Assembly (NCBI RefSeq): GCF_009914755.1 | Contig: NC_060936.1 | DNA length: 64,000 nt | Strand: one strand, 5' to 3' | DNA from: the human T2T-CHM13v2.0 reference genome, Homo sapiens | Part shown: piece by piece, positions 45,167 to 60,165 of the stretch | Position numbering within the stretch: the first letter of the stretch is position 1 | Layout: the number at the start of each line of letters is the position of its first letter | The notes under the pieces: generated by a model | What the model was told of the DNA's origin: nothing | Seen by the model: only the letters and a program-made list of their open reading frames with translations | The model's database searches: none | Position numbers and translations under genes: made by a program

Positions 45167-45857
45167 TTGTATAATAAAGAACTTAGCTGGCCTTTGTCCC
45201 TGATTCCTGGTACAGAGTCTCTAAACCCTTGGAATTTCTCGAGTGATAAGAATGGGACCACACCTGAGTTTCTGCTAACAAGGTGACACATGGTGGGTCT
45301 CTGGGTAGTTTCAGGATGGGGACTGATTATGCCAAAGACCAACTATGTGATTAGGGGGTTAGAGTAGGGAGGGGAGGAGGGCTGGAGATTGAGCCATTCG
45401 TGTGGCCAATGAGCCAGTCAATCACAGGGATAAAAAGAAACCCCAATAAAAACTCTGGACACCCAAAACTTGGATGAGCTTCCCTGGTTAATGTTCATAC
45501 ACTGATATGGCAGCAAGGTGATGCATTCTGATCACTCAAAAGCTTCACATTGAGGACCCTACCAGACCTTACCCTATGTGTCTTTATTTTGGCTGGCCCT
45601 GATTTGCATTTTTTGTGATAAATCTGTAATCTTAAGTGTAGTGTCTTCCTTAGTTCTGTGAGTTGTTTTGAGAATTATGAAACCTGAGGGGGTAGTGGGA
45701 GCCAAAATTGTGTCTAATTGGCCAGAAGTGGCTTGGGGGGCCTGGAAATCCTTTGTTTGCAGCTGGTGTCTAAAGTGAGAGCAGTCTTATGGGGGACTGT
45801 GTCCTTACTCTGTGAAGTTTGATCTACTTCTGGGTAGTTAGTGTCAGAATTGTACTG
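45167..45857 (+). mobile_element. MER21-family LTR inserted in a MIR
   Basis: CTCTAAACCCTTGGAATTTC..GTGATAAGA, GGACCACACCTGAGTTT, end GGGTAGTTAGTGTCAGAATTG. Confidence 0.7.
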
Positions 45858-48327
45858 TAGTTAATACATGTAAAGCTTTTAGAATAGTGCCTGGCCCAGG
45901 GTAACTTTCAGGGAAAGTTAGCTAATAATATAAAGCTCTAAAATAGTATTCATACAGGAGCACTTATTATTAAAGATGAAGACAGAAGTACTGTATTCAA
46001 TGCTGAAAGGAACCTTGTAAATTATATAGTTTGATGTGATTTTGACTTGTTTTAGTTCAAAAATCTTGTTAGTGCCAGGGCAAAGGCTCAAACCCCAGTC
46101 TTTTAAGACAAGATCATTATATAAAATGTGCTTTACTTTTCACATATTTTAAATGGGGCTAGTTCATCAAAACCTATATCCTAGCAGTAGGAGCATTTTG
46201 GGAAATCTGTCCAGCACCTATCTATTTCTCTGACAACCTTCTGTGCCTCTAGAATGAGACCTGAAGCTATGTTTCAACTATGCAAGTTTGAATCCTTGGT
46301 CACAGTCAAAGGATTGGGGTGTATAATTGACCCAAGATGGGTCTGTAAGGTTTTTACTTGTCAGAATTCAGAATTTGATTTAAAAAATACCAGCTGGTCT
46401 TGTGCCCCAAAGATGAGGCAGCTGAGGGCCATGTGTGGCCTGATTCCATGATGCCAGGTATGAAGAGAAAGAAAGATGAAAGGAGTCCATAATTAGAGGC
46501 AAAATGGAGAGAGTGGTGATCAGGGTTATTGTTTTTCTTTTCTTCTTGTTTGACTCTTGTCTCTTCTGGGGCCAGGCTTCATCTCTTGCTCTTGGGTTTT
46601 GTGAGATAACCTAATCCAATACATTCCCCTTGCTTGTTTATGCTTGTTTGAAATAGATTTTGTCAGTTGCAACTAATAGTCTTGATTAAGGATGGAATGA
46701 AACAAAAGTGCAAACTGCTTCTATCATGATTGCTATTGTGAATATAGGGAACAAGGAGGAGGGGTGGTGTGAGATAAAACACTGGAGTAAGGTGGGCCAA
46801 GGGCTTAGATTTAATAGGAACATTTTAACCGGATCTCTTAGAAAGCTCCAATGTCTTCAATTGAAACACAATTAAATTAGGCTCCCTTGAATGTGGATGA
46901 AAGGATGGTACCGATGTGGAAGAAAAAGGTTAAGCAAGCAATTGACGATTTTGTTTTCTTGCTCAAGATGGAATTGGGTTAACCAATAACTGTGGTGCAC
47001 CAATGCAATTATAAAGTATAATGAAACCTTTGGGGACAAATAGAAAACACAACAGGTCCATGTCTTGGGTGACTGTACTGAATCAAAAATAGCATTTTTA
47101 GAAACAATTTTGTTATTATGAAGGGAAAACCAACAGCCATCACAAAGCTTATGTTCCACTGCATGTTTGAAAAGAAAAGATATTTGTCTTCTCAAGTGGT
47201 GGGCCCCATGAGGCTGAAATAACCACTGTAAACAATGGATCTGAGAATCAATCTGAGAAGGTAGATATTTATCAGGCTGCCTCTCTTGGCAACTGGAAAA
47301 GGGTCAGAACTTATTTTTGTTTGGTGAAAAAGAAGTTCTAACAAAACATACAAATAACATTTACGACCAAAGGAACTGCTTTTCTAGGTACTTGTTCTGC
47401 TAAAGAAGGCAAGAGAGGCACAGCTCTTAATTTAACTTCATAGGATGAAAGATCACGTTGGAAAGTGCAGCTGAATAAGGGAAGCAGATAATTGTACCCT
47501 ATCTTTCTTTCTTCCATGCTTTACTCTTTCTCTTTCTTTTTCTCCTTTGTCAGATTTTTTTCTAAAATGTAAGTGAAAATATGAGATTCTATCAATATGA
47601 AGATATCTTGCAGAGTGGCAAATTTTAAGGCAGAAGATGTTCCTTTCCCGTATGGAGATTAAAAAGGGACTAGAAATTTTGAGCATCTTAAGTTCTGTAA
47701 GTTACCTGTGTACGTTTTTTTTCTTTTCCCTTGTGTTTTTGTTTTATAGGTCCTGTGTGATTTATGCTTTAAGGAGGTTCTGTTTTGATGTGTTTCCAGG
47801 ATTTTTTTTCAAGATTTAGAGCTCCTTTTAGCAGTTCTTGTAGTGTTGGCTTGGTAATGGTGAATTCTTTCAGCATTTGTTTGTCTGAAAATGACTATCT
47901 TTCCTTCATATATGATGCTTAGTTTCACTGGATACAAAATTCTTGGCTGACAATTGTTTTGTTTGAGGAGGCTGAAGATGGGCCCTAATCCCTTCTAGCT
48001 TGTAGGGTTTCTGCTGAAAAATCTGCTGTTAATCTGATAGGTTTTCCTTTATAGGTTACCTGGTGCTTCTGTTTCACAGCTCTTAAGATTCTTTCCTTCA
48101 TCTTAACTTTGGATAACCTGATGACAATGTGCCTAGGTGCAGATCTTTTTGTGATGAATTTCCCAGGTGTTCTTTGTGCTTCTTGTATTTGCATGTCTAA
48201 GTCTCTAGCAAGGCTGGGGAAGTTTTCCTCGATTATTCCCCCAAATATATTTTCCAAGCTTTTAGATTGGTCTTCTTCCTCAGAAACACTGATTATTCTT
48301 AGGTTTGGCTGTTTAACATAATCCTAG

Positions 48328-48700
<373 letters not shown>

Positions 48701-49057
48701 TAATTTGAAGACCTTGTCTTCAAGCTCTGAATTTCTTTCTTCTACTTGTTCAATTCTATTGTTGAGACTTCAGAGCATTTTACATTTCTAAAAGTGTGTC
48801 CACAGTTTCCTGAATTTTTGATTGCTTTTTCTTTAAGCTATCTATTACCTTGAATATTTCTCCCTTTAATTCTTGTATCATTTTTTGGATTTCCTTTCAC
48901 TGGGCTTCACCTTTCTCTGGTCTCTCCCTGATTAGCTTAACAACTAACCTCCTGAATTCTTTTTCAGGTAAATCAGGGATTTCTTCTTGGTTTGGATCAA
49001 TTGCTGGTGAATTAGTGTGGTTTTTGGAAGGCGTTGATGAACCTTGTTTTGTCATAT

Positions 49058-50474
49058 TGTGTGGGTTCTTGGTCTCACTGACTTCAAGAATGAAGCCGCG
49101 GACCCTCGTGGTGAGTGTTGCAGCTCTTAAGGTGGCATGTCTGGAGTTTGTTCCTTCTGACATTCGGATGTGTTTGGAGTTTCTTCCTTCTGGTGGGTTC
49201 ATGGTCTCGCTGGCTCAGCAGTAAAGCTGCAGACCTTCACAGTGAGTGTTACAGCTCTTAAGACAGTGTGTCTGGAGTTGTTTGTTCCTCCTGGTGGGTT
49301 CGTGTTCTCGCTGGCTTCAGGAGTGAAGCTGCAGACCTTCCCAGAGATTACAGCTCATAAAGGCAGTGTGGATCCAAAGAGTGGGCAGTAGTAAGATTTA
49401 TTGCAAAGAGCGAAAGAACAAAGCTTCCACAGTGTGGAAGGGGACCCAAGTTGGGTTGCCACTGCTGGCTTGGGCAGCCTGCTTTTATTCTCTTATCTGG
49501 CCCCACCCACATCCTGCTGATTGGTAGAGCCCAGTGGTCTGTTTTGACAGGGCGCTGATTGGTGCGTTTACAATCCCTGAGCTAGACACAAAGGTTCTCC
49601 ACATCCCCACTAGACTAGCTAGATACAGAGTGTCCACACAAAGGTTCTCCAAGTCCCCACCAGAGTAGCTAGATTCAGAGTGTCGATTGGTGCATTCACA
49701 AACCCTGAACGAGACACAAGGTGCTGATTGGTGTGTTTACAAACCTTGAGCTAGATACAGAGTGCTGACTGGTGTATTTACAATCCCTGAGCTAGACATA
49801 AAGGTTCTCCGTGTCCCCACCAGACTCAGGAGCCCAGCTGGCTTCACCCAGTGGATCCCGCACCGGGGCTGCAGGTGGAGCTGCCTGCCAGTCCTGCACC
49901 GTGCGCTCGCACTCCTCAGCCCTTGGGTGGTCAATGGGACTGGGCGCCGTGGGGCAGGGGGCAGCACTCGTCAGGGAGGCTCGGGCTGCACAGGAGCCCA
50001 CGGAGGGGGTGGGAGGCTCAGGTATGGTGGGCTGCAGGTCCCAAGCCCAGCCCCGCGGGAAGGCAGCTAAGGCCAGGTGAGAAATCGAGCGCAGCGCCGG
50101 TGGGCTGGCACTGCTGGGGGACCGAGTACACCCTCCACAGCCGCTGGCCTGGGTGCTAAGTCCCTCATTGCCCGGAGCCGGCAGGGCCGGCCGGCTGCTC
50201 CGAGTGTGGGGCCTGCCAAGCCCACACCCACCTGGAACTCCAGCTGGCCTGCAAGCACCCCGCGCAGCCCTGGTTCCCGCTGGCGCCTCTCTCTCCACAC
50301 CTCCCTGCAAGCTGAGGGAGCCAGCTCTGGCCTTGGTCAGCCCAGAAAGGGGCTCCCACAGTGCAGCGGTGGGCTGAAGGGCTCCTCAAATGCTGCCAAA
50401 GTGGGAGCCCAGGCAGAGGAGGCGCCAAGAGCGAGCGAGGGCTGTGAGGACTGCCAGAATGCTGTCGCTTCTCA
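49058..50474 (-). mobile_element. LTR12C (ERV9) solo LTR
   Basis: Minus strand starts TGAGAAGCGACAGCATTCTGGCAGTCCTCACAGCCCTCGCTCGC; GC-rich U3, tandem CCAAT repeats, U5 repeats; TSD ATAT (49054-49057, 50475-50478). Confidence 0.93.
49483..49731 (-). promoter_or_regulatory. LTR12C core promoter: four CCAAT (NF-Y) boxes and AATAAAA TATA-like box
   Basis: ATTGG on + strand at 49520, 49558, 49686, 49727; TTTTATT at 49483-49489. Confidence 0.6.
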
Positions 50475-53400
50475 ATATTACCAGAGTTGGTTTTTTAGTT
50501 CCTTTTCATCTGGGTAGGCTCTGCCAGAGGGAAGGTCTAGGTTTGAAGTCTATTGTTCAGATTTTTTTGTCCCACAGGTGTTCCCTTGATGTAGTACTCT
50601 TCCCCTTTTCCTGTGGCTATGGCTTCCTGTGAGCCAAACTGCAGTGATTGTTGTCTCTCTTCTGGGTCTAGCCACCCAGCAAGTCTACCCAGCTCTAGGC
50701 TGGTATTGGGGGTTGTCTGCACAGAGTCCTGTGATGTAAACTGTTTATGGGTCTCTCAGCCATGGATACCAGTGCCGGTTCCAGGGAGGGTGGTGGAAGG
50801 TACAATGGAATCCATGAGGGTCCTTAGCTTTGGTGGTTTAATGCTCTATTTTTGTGCTGGTTGGCCTCCTGTCAAGGAGTGGTGCTTTCCAGAAAGGATC
50901 AGCTGTGATAGTGTGGAGAGGGACCAGCGGTGGGCAGGGCCCTAGAACTCCCAAGAGTATATACCCTTTGTTTTCTGCTATCAGGGTGGGTAGGGAAGGC
51001 CCATCAGGTAGGGGTGGGACTAGGTATGTCTGGACTCAGAATCTCTTTGGGCAGGTCTTGCTAGGGCTGCTGTTGGGGATGGGGGTGAGATTTCCAGGTC
51101 ACTGGAGTTGTGTAGCTAGGAGGATTATGGTTGCCTCTGCTGAGTCATGCAGGTTGTCAGGGAAGTGGGAGAAAGGCATCAGTCACAGGCCTTACCCAGC
51201 TCCCACGCAAATGGAGGGGCAGGTCTCACTCCCACTGTGCCCCTCGCAACAGACCCAAGTCTGTTTCCAGGCAGAGGGCGAGATGGGCTTGAAAACTTGC
51301 CCCAGGCTTTCCACCTCCCAGAGTATTTGGGGTGTCTCCTGGGTCCTACAGGAGCAGTCCATTTCCTTCAGAGGGTCTGTGGGTCCTCTCAGGATGGCTT
51401 TTTTTTTTTCTTGCAGTTGATATGGAGCTAAAAATTCAGTGCTAGCCTCTGCATACTGCTCTGTCCATAGCTGCAATCTAGTCCTGCCTCCCATCCACCA
51501 TGATCCCCAAGCTCTGTAAGTTATATAACTAGAGAGTTCTGTTTACGAACATTTGTCCAGTTTGCCTCATACAACCAGGTCTAGAATGAAATAAATAAGA
51601 AACATGGCTAGCTATCATTTTCTTAAAGAATTCTAGGCAAAAGTAAAAAAATCTTCTTTGATAGGGCATTCAATTTAGAAATATCTTCTTTATAAGTAAC
51701 TTATACTTCGTCCTGTAGTCAAAGGGTATTTATTTAATACCAGGAATATATCTTCACTGGAGCAGAGCAGCCTTAAGTTGTCCATGAACCCATGGCTTAG
51801 ATAATCAAAAATGTATGAAAAATCACCCAACCTCTTGCTTTGGTGGATATCAAGTAGACTTTTCTCCCTGTGTTTGTAGTAACACATCTCCAATCTTCCT
51901 TGATTGGGGAAGAAAGTTAATGCTTTGGCTTAAAAACCTTCATGTTGAACTCTTAGGAAATTAGAGGAGAAATGAGTAAAAATAATATTAACTTATTGAA
52001 TCCACAAAAGTTAGTAATTTAAAGTGGAAATAGAATGGAAATAGCTACATATTACCTTTGCATCATATACTTTATAGGCCATAGAATACCAAATTTTCTT
52101 GTCTTTTTTCATGATTCCTAATTTCCTATACTTTGTTTTCTGTTGGTATTCACTTCAATGACCTTATCTTAACATAAGAGACTCAAACTTAACATGACTT
52201 TTGAAGAGGATCTTGCTAAAATCAAAAATAAAGACAAATGCTTTATAACTTTAATATATGATAATCTGCTAAATACCAAAGTTGTAAGCTTTTAAAGAAT
52301 AATCTATATTTTCCATACTCCAATTGAAGTTATTAAAAATGAATTCTATATTTAACATTATATTAAACATTTCTATTATTTAACATTTAAATTAAACAAA
52401 GTGTCAAACACGTTAGAAGTTTTGGGTTGCAGTGCTTTTTTCATGTTACCCTTTATATCATGAAGAACATGATTCTCACAGATTTTGACTGTTGAAGAGC
52501 TGGAAGAAATGAATTGGAGGAGATAAAACATATTGCAAAGTACACTGAGTCCCATCTTCTTGCAAATCATCTAATTAAATCATGCAAATCTAAGTTCTAG
52601 TCATATTATTATAGCTCTTTCACAGAAAAAGAAAAAGACACAGGAATTAAGGAACTTGCTTATGTTCACATAACTAATAGGAACTGGGATTGAGATTCAA
52701 ACCCATTGACATTCCAAAGTCAATGTTCTTTATGCTGCACTACATGACCTTATAATTTAATGTGTGTCTATTCTTTTACAATGTTTGGGGTGCATTTCCA
52801 TCTCAGGAGAAAATTTCTGACAATGTATTGAGTGGGGAACTGATGACCAGAGTTAGGTTGTTATCATCAGCAACATGAAAGAATAAATACATGGATTCTT
52901 TAGGTATGTGTTAGGAAATTAGATTCATGATGGTAGCATGGGTCGCTCCCTGTCCCACTCTCTCTTTGTCTCTTGCCATTTCAATGGAGTAATCACCCAA
53001 GTTTTCTATTTGTGTTCTTTAAAAAGGAACAGCAATTATTATTTCATTTTCCTCTCTTTACTTGTAATATATTCAGAGAATTGGAAAGGAGTGTAATCAG
53101 TCCTGAAGTGGTTAACTTGACTCTTAGAAATCAACAGAAGTTGACAGAATTAGTGTTTTAACCTTCTTGTTTAGGGTTTTCTTTTTCGAAGGTCTGCAAA
53201 TCCCATTTCTCAAAATCTTTTATATAATTGTTTGTGATAGACAGCCTGCTGTTCCATGCCTCTCTCAGTCTAGATTCAATAGAGAATGATATAAAAGTAA
53301 CAAATGACAAAATCATTGTTTTACAAGAAGAAACATGACATTAAAACCCAGAATAACAAATAACTTCAATATAGTTGAAATATTCCAGAGAGGTTAAAAG

Positions 53401-54489
53401 CTTTCAATGAATTCTATTAAAACTGAGAAGAAAAGAAAATAATTAAAAAATAATTATTAATGTCTACAAAACCCCTTAACAAATATTCACTGACATATTA
53501 TGCTAGTTTCTCTTAGTGTAAAATATGGGTTTGAAAAATGTGTTACTTCAAGTCTACAAATATTCTTTTGTAAAAGTAAAGATGGCTTTTTTTGGGGGGT
53601 GGGGTGCAGTTTATGGAAAAATAAGCTCAGAAATTGATTCTAAGCATCTTGCAATTGCAAATATGAAGGCAAAGTCTCATTCTGGCACTGAGGTTGTATT
53701 GTCAATAGCTGATACAAATATTTTCTAGTTATTTTTCATTTTCAGAATTTTTATGAAAATTATCTAATAATCAAATATCTTTGAAGCATCAACATTTATT
53801 TATTTTGCTTGTTTTACTGAAAATCTCTTAGAACTGTATTTCTGTTTCTTTAGTATATAGGAAAGCCCTAGCTCAATTTTTGTTTTTGGTTTTTGCAACT
53901 CAGGTTTATTATTACAAAAGTCAGTTGTTGCATCACATGGAAATGCAGTAATACAACCAGGTGCTCCAACAACCCATTTGCCTGACTTCTATGCTTTGAG
54001 TGTATTAATATTTTGAGGATATTATTTAAAGATTTTCCATTGCCCTTTTCCCCCATTCTTAGATCTTCAACTTTGCTTTTTTGCTATTGTCAGTATAGCT
54101 GATTCCAGTAATTCAGTGGAAGTCCTTTTTGTCTAATATTAGGCAAGATGGTTGATTATTAATTAAAAATTGTTAAAATAGGCCTTGTAAAAATGTTATA
54201 TACATACAATATATATTTTATTTTAACCTAAAATATATAAACATTTCTGTTGGCCACTGTTTTCATAGAGGCCCATGGCTTATTCCTTGCATATGGGTTC
54301 ACTGATAGGAATGCTAAACTTTCCTACATAAATCGGACACATAATGCATTATTTGACATCTCAAATATCATTGGCCAGGTATGAAATGAATTAAACTTGT
54401 TATAATTGTGTTTAAAATAAGAATTAGTGGATCATAAGTAAAGCAGCATATCATCAAGCAATACTGATTAATATTTAAGTTCCAAAATC

Positions 54490-55310
54490 TGTAGTCATTT
54501 TCTATTGTTACTGTAGCAATTTGCCACAAACCTAGTGGCTTAAAACAACACGTATTTATTATCATATGGTTTTATAGGTCAGAAGTCCAACACACATCTC
54601 ACTGAGCCTAAATCAGGAGGTCAGCAGGGTGGCATTCCTTTCTTGATGATCTAGGAGAGAATCTGTTTCCCGATTTTTTTGCAGCTTCTAGAGGCTGCCC
54701 ATGTTCTGTGGCTCATGCCTTCCTTTCTCCATCTCCAAAGCCAATAATGTTGCATCTCTCTGACCATTTTTTCCATAGTCACATCACCCTTTTTTCATAG
54801 CTGGGAGAGGTTTTCCACTCTTAAAGACCCATGTGACTAGATTGGACCCTTCCCTGCCTCCACTTTATCCAGAATAATCTCCTCATCCCAAGGTCTTTTA
54901 CTTAATAATATTTGCAATCTCTTTTGCCATGTAAGGTAACAGATTCACAGGTTGAAGGAATTAAGATATAGACACCTTTGGGAGGGGGTATTATTCCTCT
55001 TACCACAGTTTGCCCTATGTGTCCCAAATTCATATCAATCCCACATAGAAAATAGTTTCACTCCATCCCAAGGTCCCACAAATTCTCAATTATTGCATCA
55101 ATTCATGGTATAAAATCTCATTATCTTAAAAGTCCAAAGTCATTATTTAAGTCATCTAAATTTAGTATGCGTGAAGCCATTGGTATAATCCATCCTGGAG
55201 TACAATTTCCCTCCATCTGTGTACCTGTAACACTCAAGAAACAAGTTATCTGCTCCAAAAATACAATGGTGAGATAAGTACAGGATAACAGTTATGAACA
55301 TTTCAGTTAG
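54490..55310 (-). mobile_element. MLT1C/D-like LTR (to ~55007) plus adjoining MLT-internal fragment
   Basis: CCACAAACCTAGTGGCTTAAAACAACAC, GCCATGTAAGGTAACAGATTCACAGG, ...TACCACA then internal-like sequence. Confidence 0.7.
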
Positions 55311-56419
55311 AAGACAGCTGCATATCCTATTATCCTTTTATTTTATTCTTCCCTTGCCTTCTCAGTAGTTTTCTAGCTTCTCTTTACTGCCAAATTCTAA
55401 GACACTTCCACATTTTTAGGTATTTGTTAGAGCAGTACCCCACCAAATCTTATTCAACCCTTCACTACAACCCAGCTTAGGCAACCTATACTTTTTATTA
55501 ACCATATGTTAGTTTTGCCTATTCTAGAACATCATGCAAATGAATTCATACAGTGTATACTCTGTTGGGCTTCTTTTACTTAGAATAATGTTTTGGATTT
55601 TTTTTCATGTTCTTAGTGTCAGTAGGCAATTTCTTTATATGCTGAGCAGTTTTCTGTTGTGTAAACACACCACAATGTGTTTTTGTATTGTGTTGTTGAA
55701 CATTTGGATTGTTTTCAGTTTTTGGTTGAATAAGTTGATAGGAACATTCTTTTCTTTGCTTTTATTTCTATGGGGTAAATACATAATAATGAAAATGCTG
55801 TGCCATAGTGTAGATGTATGTTTAGCTTTTAAGACGTTGCTTGTATCATTTTAAACTTCTGCAATGGTATGGTATAAGAAGTATGGTTGCTCTATTGGGA
55901 TGGTCAACCTGCTTGGTTTTATCTTTTTTGGTATATGGGTATAGTAACACCTCATTGTGGTTTTAATATGCTTTGAATTGATGACTAACGATGTTGAGCA
56001 ACTTTTTATTTCCCTTCTTCCCCCAAACTACTTTTAAGACTTCCTCATTATTACTGGTTTTTACAAATTTGTTTAGGTTGTACCTTGACACAGTTTTCTT
56101 TGTGCTCATCTTACTTGGGGTACTTTGTGTTTCTTTGTTCTGTGGACTGAAAATTTTTTGACAAGTCTGGAAAATTTTCAGTCAATTTTTCTTTACCTAT
56201 TTTATTGCTCTTCTTTCAGTGGAGCTTCACTTATACATATTTTAGACCATTTGATAGTGCCCCATAAATCTTGAGACTCTTTCCTTTTTCCTTTTTGGCC
56301 TTATTTTCTCTCTTTAGTTTGTATATTTTCAATTGCTTTGTCTTTAAGTTCACTAATCTTTTCTTCTGCAGTACTTGCAGAAGAATATATATATATATAA
56401 TTTTATTTATTATTATTTT

Positions 56420-56712
<293 letters not shown>

Positions 56713-57715
56713 AAAAATTTTAATATATTCTAATATCTGTTTAAACATGTTTTGTCTATCACCTTTATTATTTGTGTATTTCTTATTTCTATTAATTGAT
56801 TTTTCTCCTGGTTTTGGCTTACCTTTTTATGTTTCACTTATCTGGTTCTCGAGTGTTTAGATTTTGTATCTATTCTTTAAAAGGTCTTTGTTATGGCAAT
56901 AGTTACATTTTGAAGAACAGCTTGATTCTTTTGGGCTTCCCCCACCCCACTGAGTTTTGTTAGTAAACATCTAGAGTTACTTTTACTCTAGGGTTAGGTT
57001 AACCCTGCTTCTAAGTTGTGGTCTTTCTAAAGTCTCTACTGAATGCCTCAGTGTTCAATGAGGTTTCTTCTTCTGGCTGGATGGAATTTAATATCTCCCA
57101 GTCCTGGGTAAGCTTTGGTAGTTCCCTAATATTTGTTTTTTCCCTAGTAGCTGTTCTTAGCCACATATATCTTATTATTAACTAATGTGAAGCTTATTAG
57201 TCAGCTAGAGATTTCTAGAATTCTCTCTTTCATGGCTTTTCCCTTTCAGGTATTCTGCTCTTCAAATTCTACCTACCTTGCATCTCAGAAGTCTGCACTT
57301 TGTCTCTTCAACCTAGTGACACCTCCATAGTCCATGTTCCCTCTTTCTGTGCAGCAGTCTTGAAAGCGACTTCAGGCAAAAAGTTCAGTAATTGTATAGC
57401 TTACTTCATTTGTTTCCTCTTAGAATTCGAACCTATGCTGCCTGTTGTTCAATATATGAAAGCAGTTTTTTCATATATTCAGTCCAGTATTATTATTTTA
57501 TATAACAAGAGGGTTAATTAGTGCCAGTTTCTCTGGTATCTGGGTTGGAACCCATGATGAATTTTTGAAAGCATATGTCAAACTGTTACTAGGAACTTTT
57601 GTTTTTGTTGTTTTTGGAAACCTAGATTAACTTAGAGTCTAAATAATTTTTTCATAAGTCTTCACTAAAGGTATTAAAATGAAAATTGCCATTAAGTTAA
57701 TTACTGCACAATTTA

Positions 57716-57795
57716 TTAGGGTGGTGCAAAAGTAATTGCGGTTTTTGCTATTACTTTTCATGGCAAAAACCGCAATTACTTTTGCCCCAACCTAA
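57716..57795. mobile_element. MADE1 (Hsmar1-derived MITE), full 80 bp
   Basis: Near-perfect palindrome TTAGGGTGGTGCAAAAGTAATTGCGG...CCGCAATTACTTTTGCCCCAACCTAA with TA on both sides. Confidence 0.97.
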
Positions 57796-60165
57796 TACAA
57801 ATGATGCAAGATAATCTTTCTTTATATTCATTATCTTGATGACATCTAGATTCCCCATTTAATTGGAGATATAAAAAAATTGGCAGGGTTCAGAGACACG
57901 CCACTCAAATGCTTAAGAGATTATATTAAATGACTTCCTTGACATATATATGAAGAAAGATAAATGAAACTGAGCTTACTTAGCTCTCAGAAGAAAGAAT
58001 TTAGGAACAGCATAGTTACCAGAATCATAAATATCATGATATAGAGGCTATGACCACTTATTCTTGAACTCCACTAAGCCGATAAATATATTTAAAGCAT
58101 AAAGGGAAGATTTGCATAATGTACAAAGCTAAATGTCCTCCAAAAGTTTGCTAATTGGCTGTAATTTGGGGGGATGTTGTGAAATATTTCCCTGCCTGAG
58201 AGATGAACAAACAGCATGGCTTTCTCACTGCAAGGTAACTGAGACATTGAGATTAGCGGTAAGTTAAATAAACGACCCAGGTTCCTTTCAGGCCTCTCAT
58301 TCTAACAGTATTAAGGAGACTTTTCTTCTGCTTCCTGACAACTCCTGTCTAGATTTTATGAAAATTGCTTGTCTTTTTTTTCCTTTTATTAGATGCTTTT
58401 TTGATATTCCTTTTCGGTTGCCTGGTGTCTTTCAAAACAGTAAAACCAGAGTTTTTGGCCTTCCTGATTTATTTTTTTCTAAATGGGAAAGTTCTTACAA
58501 AAATATACACCAGCATCTATATTTGCATGCAAAATCAAATATTTCTGGGGTTCATTGCAGTAGAGTCCAGGACAAACTGTCTCCATAATTTCTCAGGAAA
58601 AATTTTTGCTTGAAAGAAAAATGATAAATTGATATGAATTATTTTTCAAATATAAAAACAATTTTCCAACATCTGCCAAATAGATTCCTTTAACTTTTTA
58701 ATTTTCAGACATCTGTTTATGAAAAACAAACATATTAAGAATGTGACTTTCTTTCAGTACTCCTTTTGAACATTATTTATCTCTTTAAATTTTCTTAAGA
58801 TATTTGAAAATTATATTGGCACAAAATATATTTTTTCCTCCCATAGGAATAGAGCTCAGTAGTTGTTTTTCAGCCAGAGGGCATGGTAATGTTTTTGACA
58901 ATTATTCTAAGGAAAGGATCAAGTTCAAATCCTTAGAGGATGTGTTAAAGCAGTATTGGATTTACAGGGAAGAGGCTTTTATTCAGGACAAAGAATACAA
59001 TCTTTGATTTATGACTATCTTTTTCTGTTTAGTATTTGTTCCATATTGTTACATCTTCTATAAACATGCCTATTGGGTACTCTTTTACATAATATAAATG
59101 ATCGTGAAACTCCATGTCCCCTCAAATATCTCCTTAATTAATTACTATAGCAATATAATCTTCCTATTTAACTCAATCATTAAAATTTGGAGGAAGGTGA
59201 GGAAAACAGGTAGAATGGCTTTTAGAATGCATCCATACACTTTGGAAGAGGAGGTATTTGGCAGGGATCAGGAGGCAGAGGTAAATGCCTTCATTAGTCG
59301 TCTCCTGCAGATTACTTTACTGGATTAGCTAATTGTTACTTAGCAAGTTATCTGTAGAAATTGAGCTTGAATGGTAATATATATTTTTGAGGCAGGTTTA
59401 TTTTGGGAAAATTTGTAACATAAAAAAGTACCTGTGATAGTGCTTCTTATGTGCCTGCAGATGTTAGTGGGAAGTGTGATTGAATCTGGGCAGGACTGGC
59501 AGGAGGAGGCGAGAGGACCCTAAAATGGCATTTGATTGTCAGGGCTGATTTGACAAATCTAACATCTGGTTGACAGTAGTAACACCTTCCAGTTTTACCA
59601 CTTTGTGCCCGTCTCTTCTGATTTTATGAATTCAGTTGTAAAAGAGAACATTCTCAAACAGAAGGCAGAATGTTAATTATTATTACTATTTCAAGAGTAT
59701 AGAGTATACCTAGATAAGTCTTTTCTGCTAGTGCTGCTAAAATAATGGCCCTTGGCACATGGTAGGCATGCAGGAGATATGTATGGAAGTCTATGACAGC
59801 AATTGATGTGTTGGTGCAGATGAATCTCTAAGGACTAGAGTATTGAAAACAAACTCAATTGATGTTGATAAAAGTAGTTTTTCCATATTATTCTTAGTTG
59901 ACAATTATAAGGATCAGGATCAGGACCTAGATGAGGCATATTTTGGATAACTACTCTAATGGAAGCACGAATAAGACGTCCTGTTTGAATGTCTGTTATA
60001 GAACTTATGACATACTGTCATGTATTAGAGTTATTTAAAAGCTAGACTATGAGTGGCCGGAAGGCAGAAATGCTGTTTTATCAATCATTGCATTTGCAAA
60101 GTTCTTGCTCTAGTGCTTTATTAGAGGGAGTTCAATCAATGCTTTCTAAATTCAATTGAATACAA

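Noticed and set aside
49500-50520. Repeats with variable spacers and many overlapping ORFs
   Set aside because: LTR12C U3 enhancer repeats and GC-rich LTR sequence, not a CRISPR array or gene
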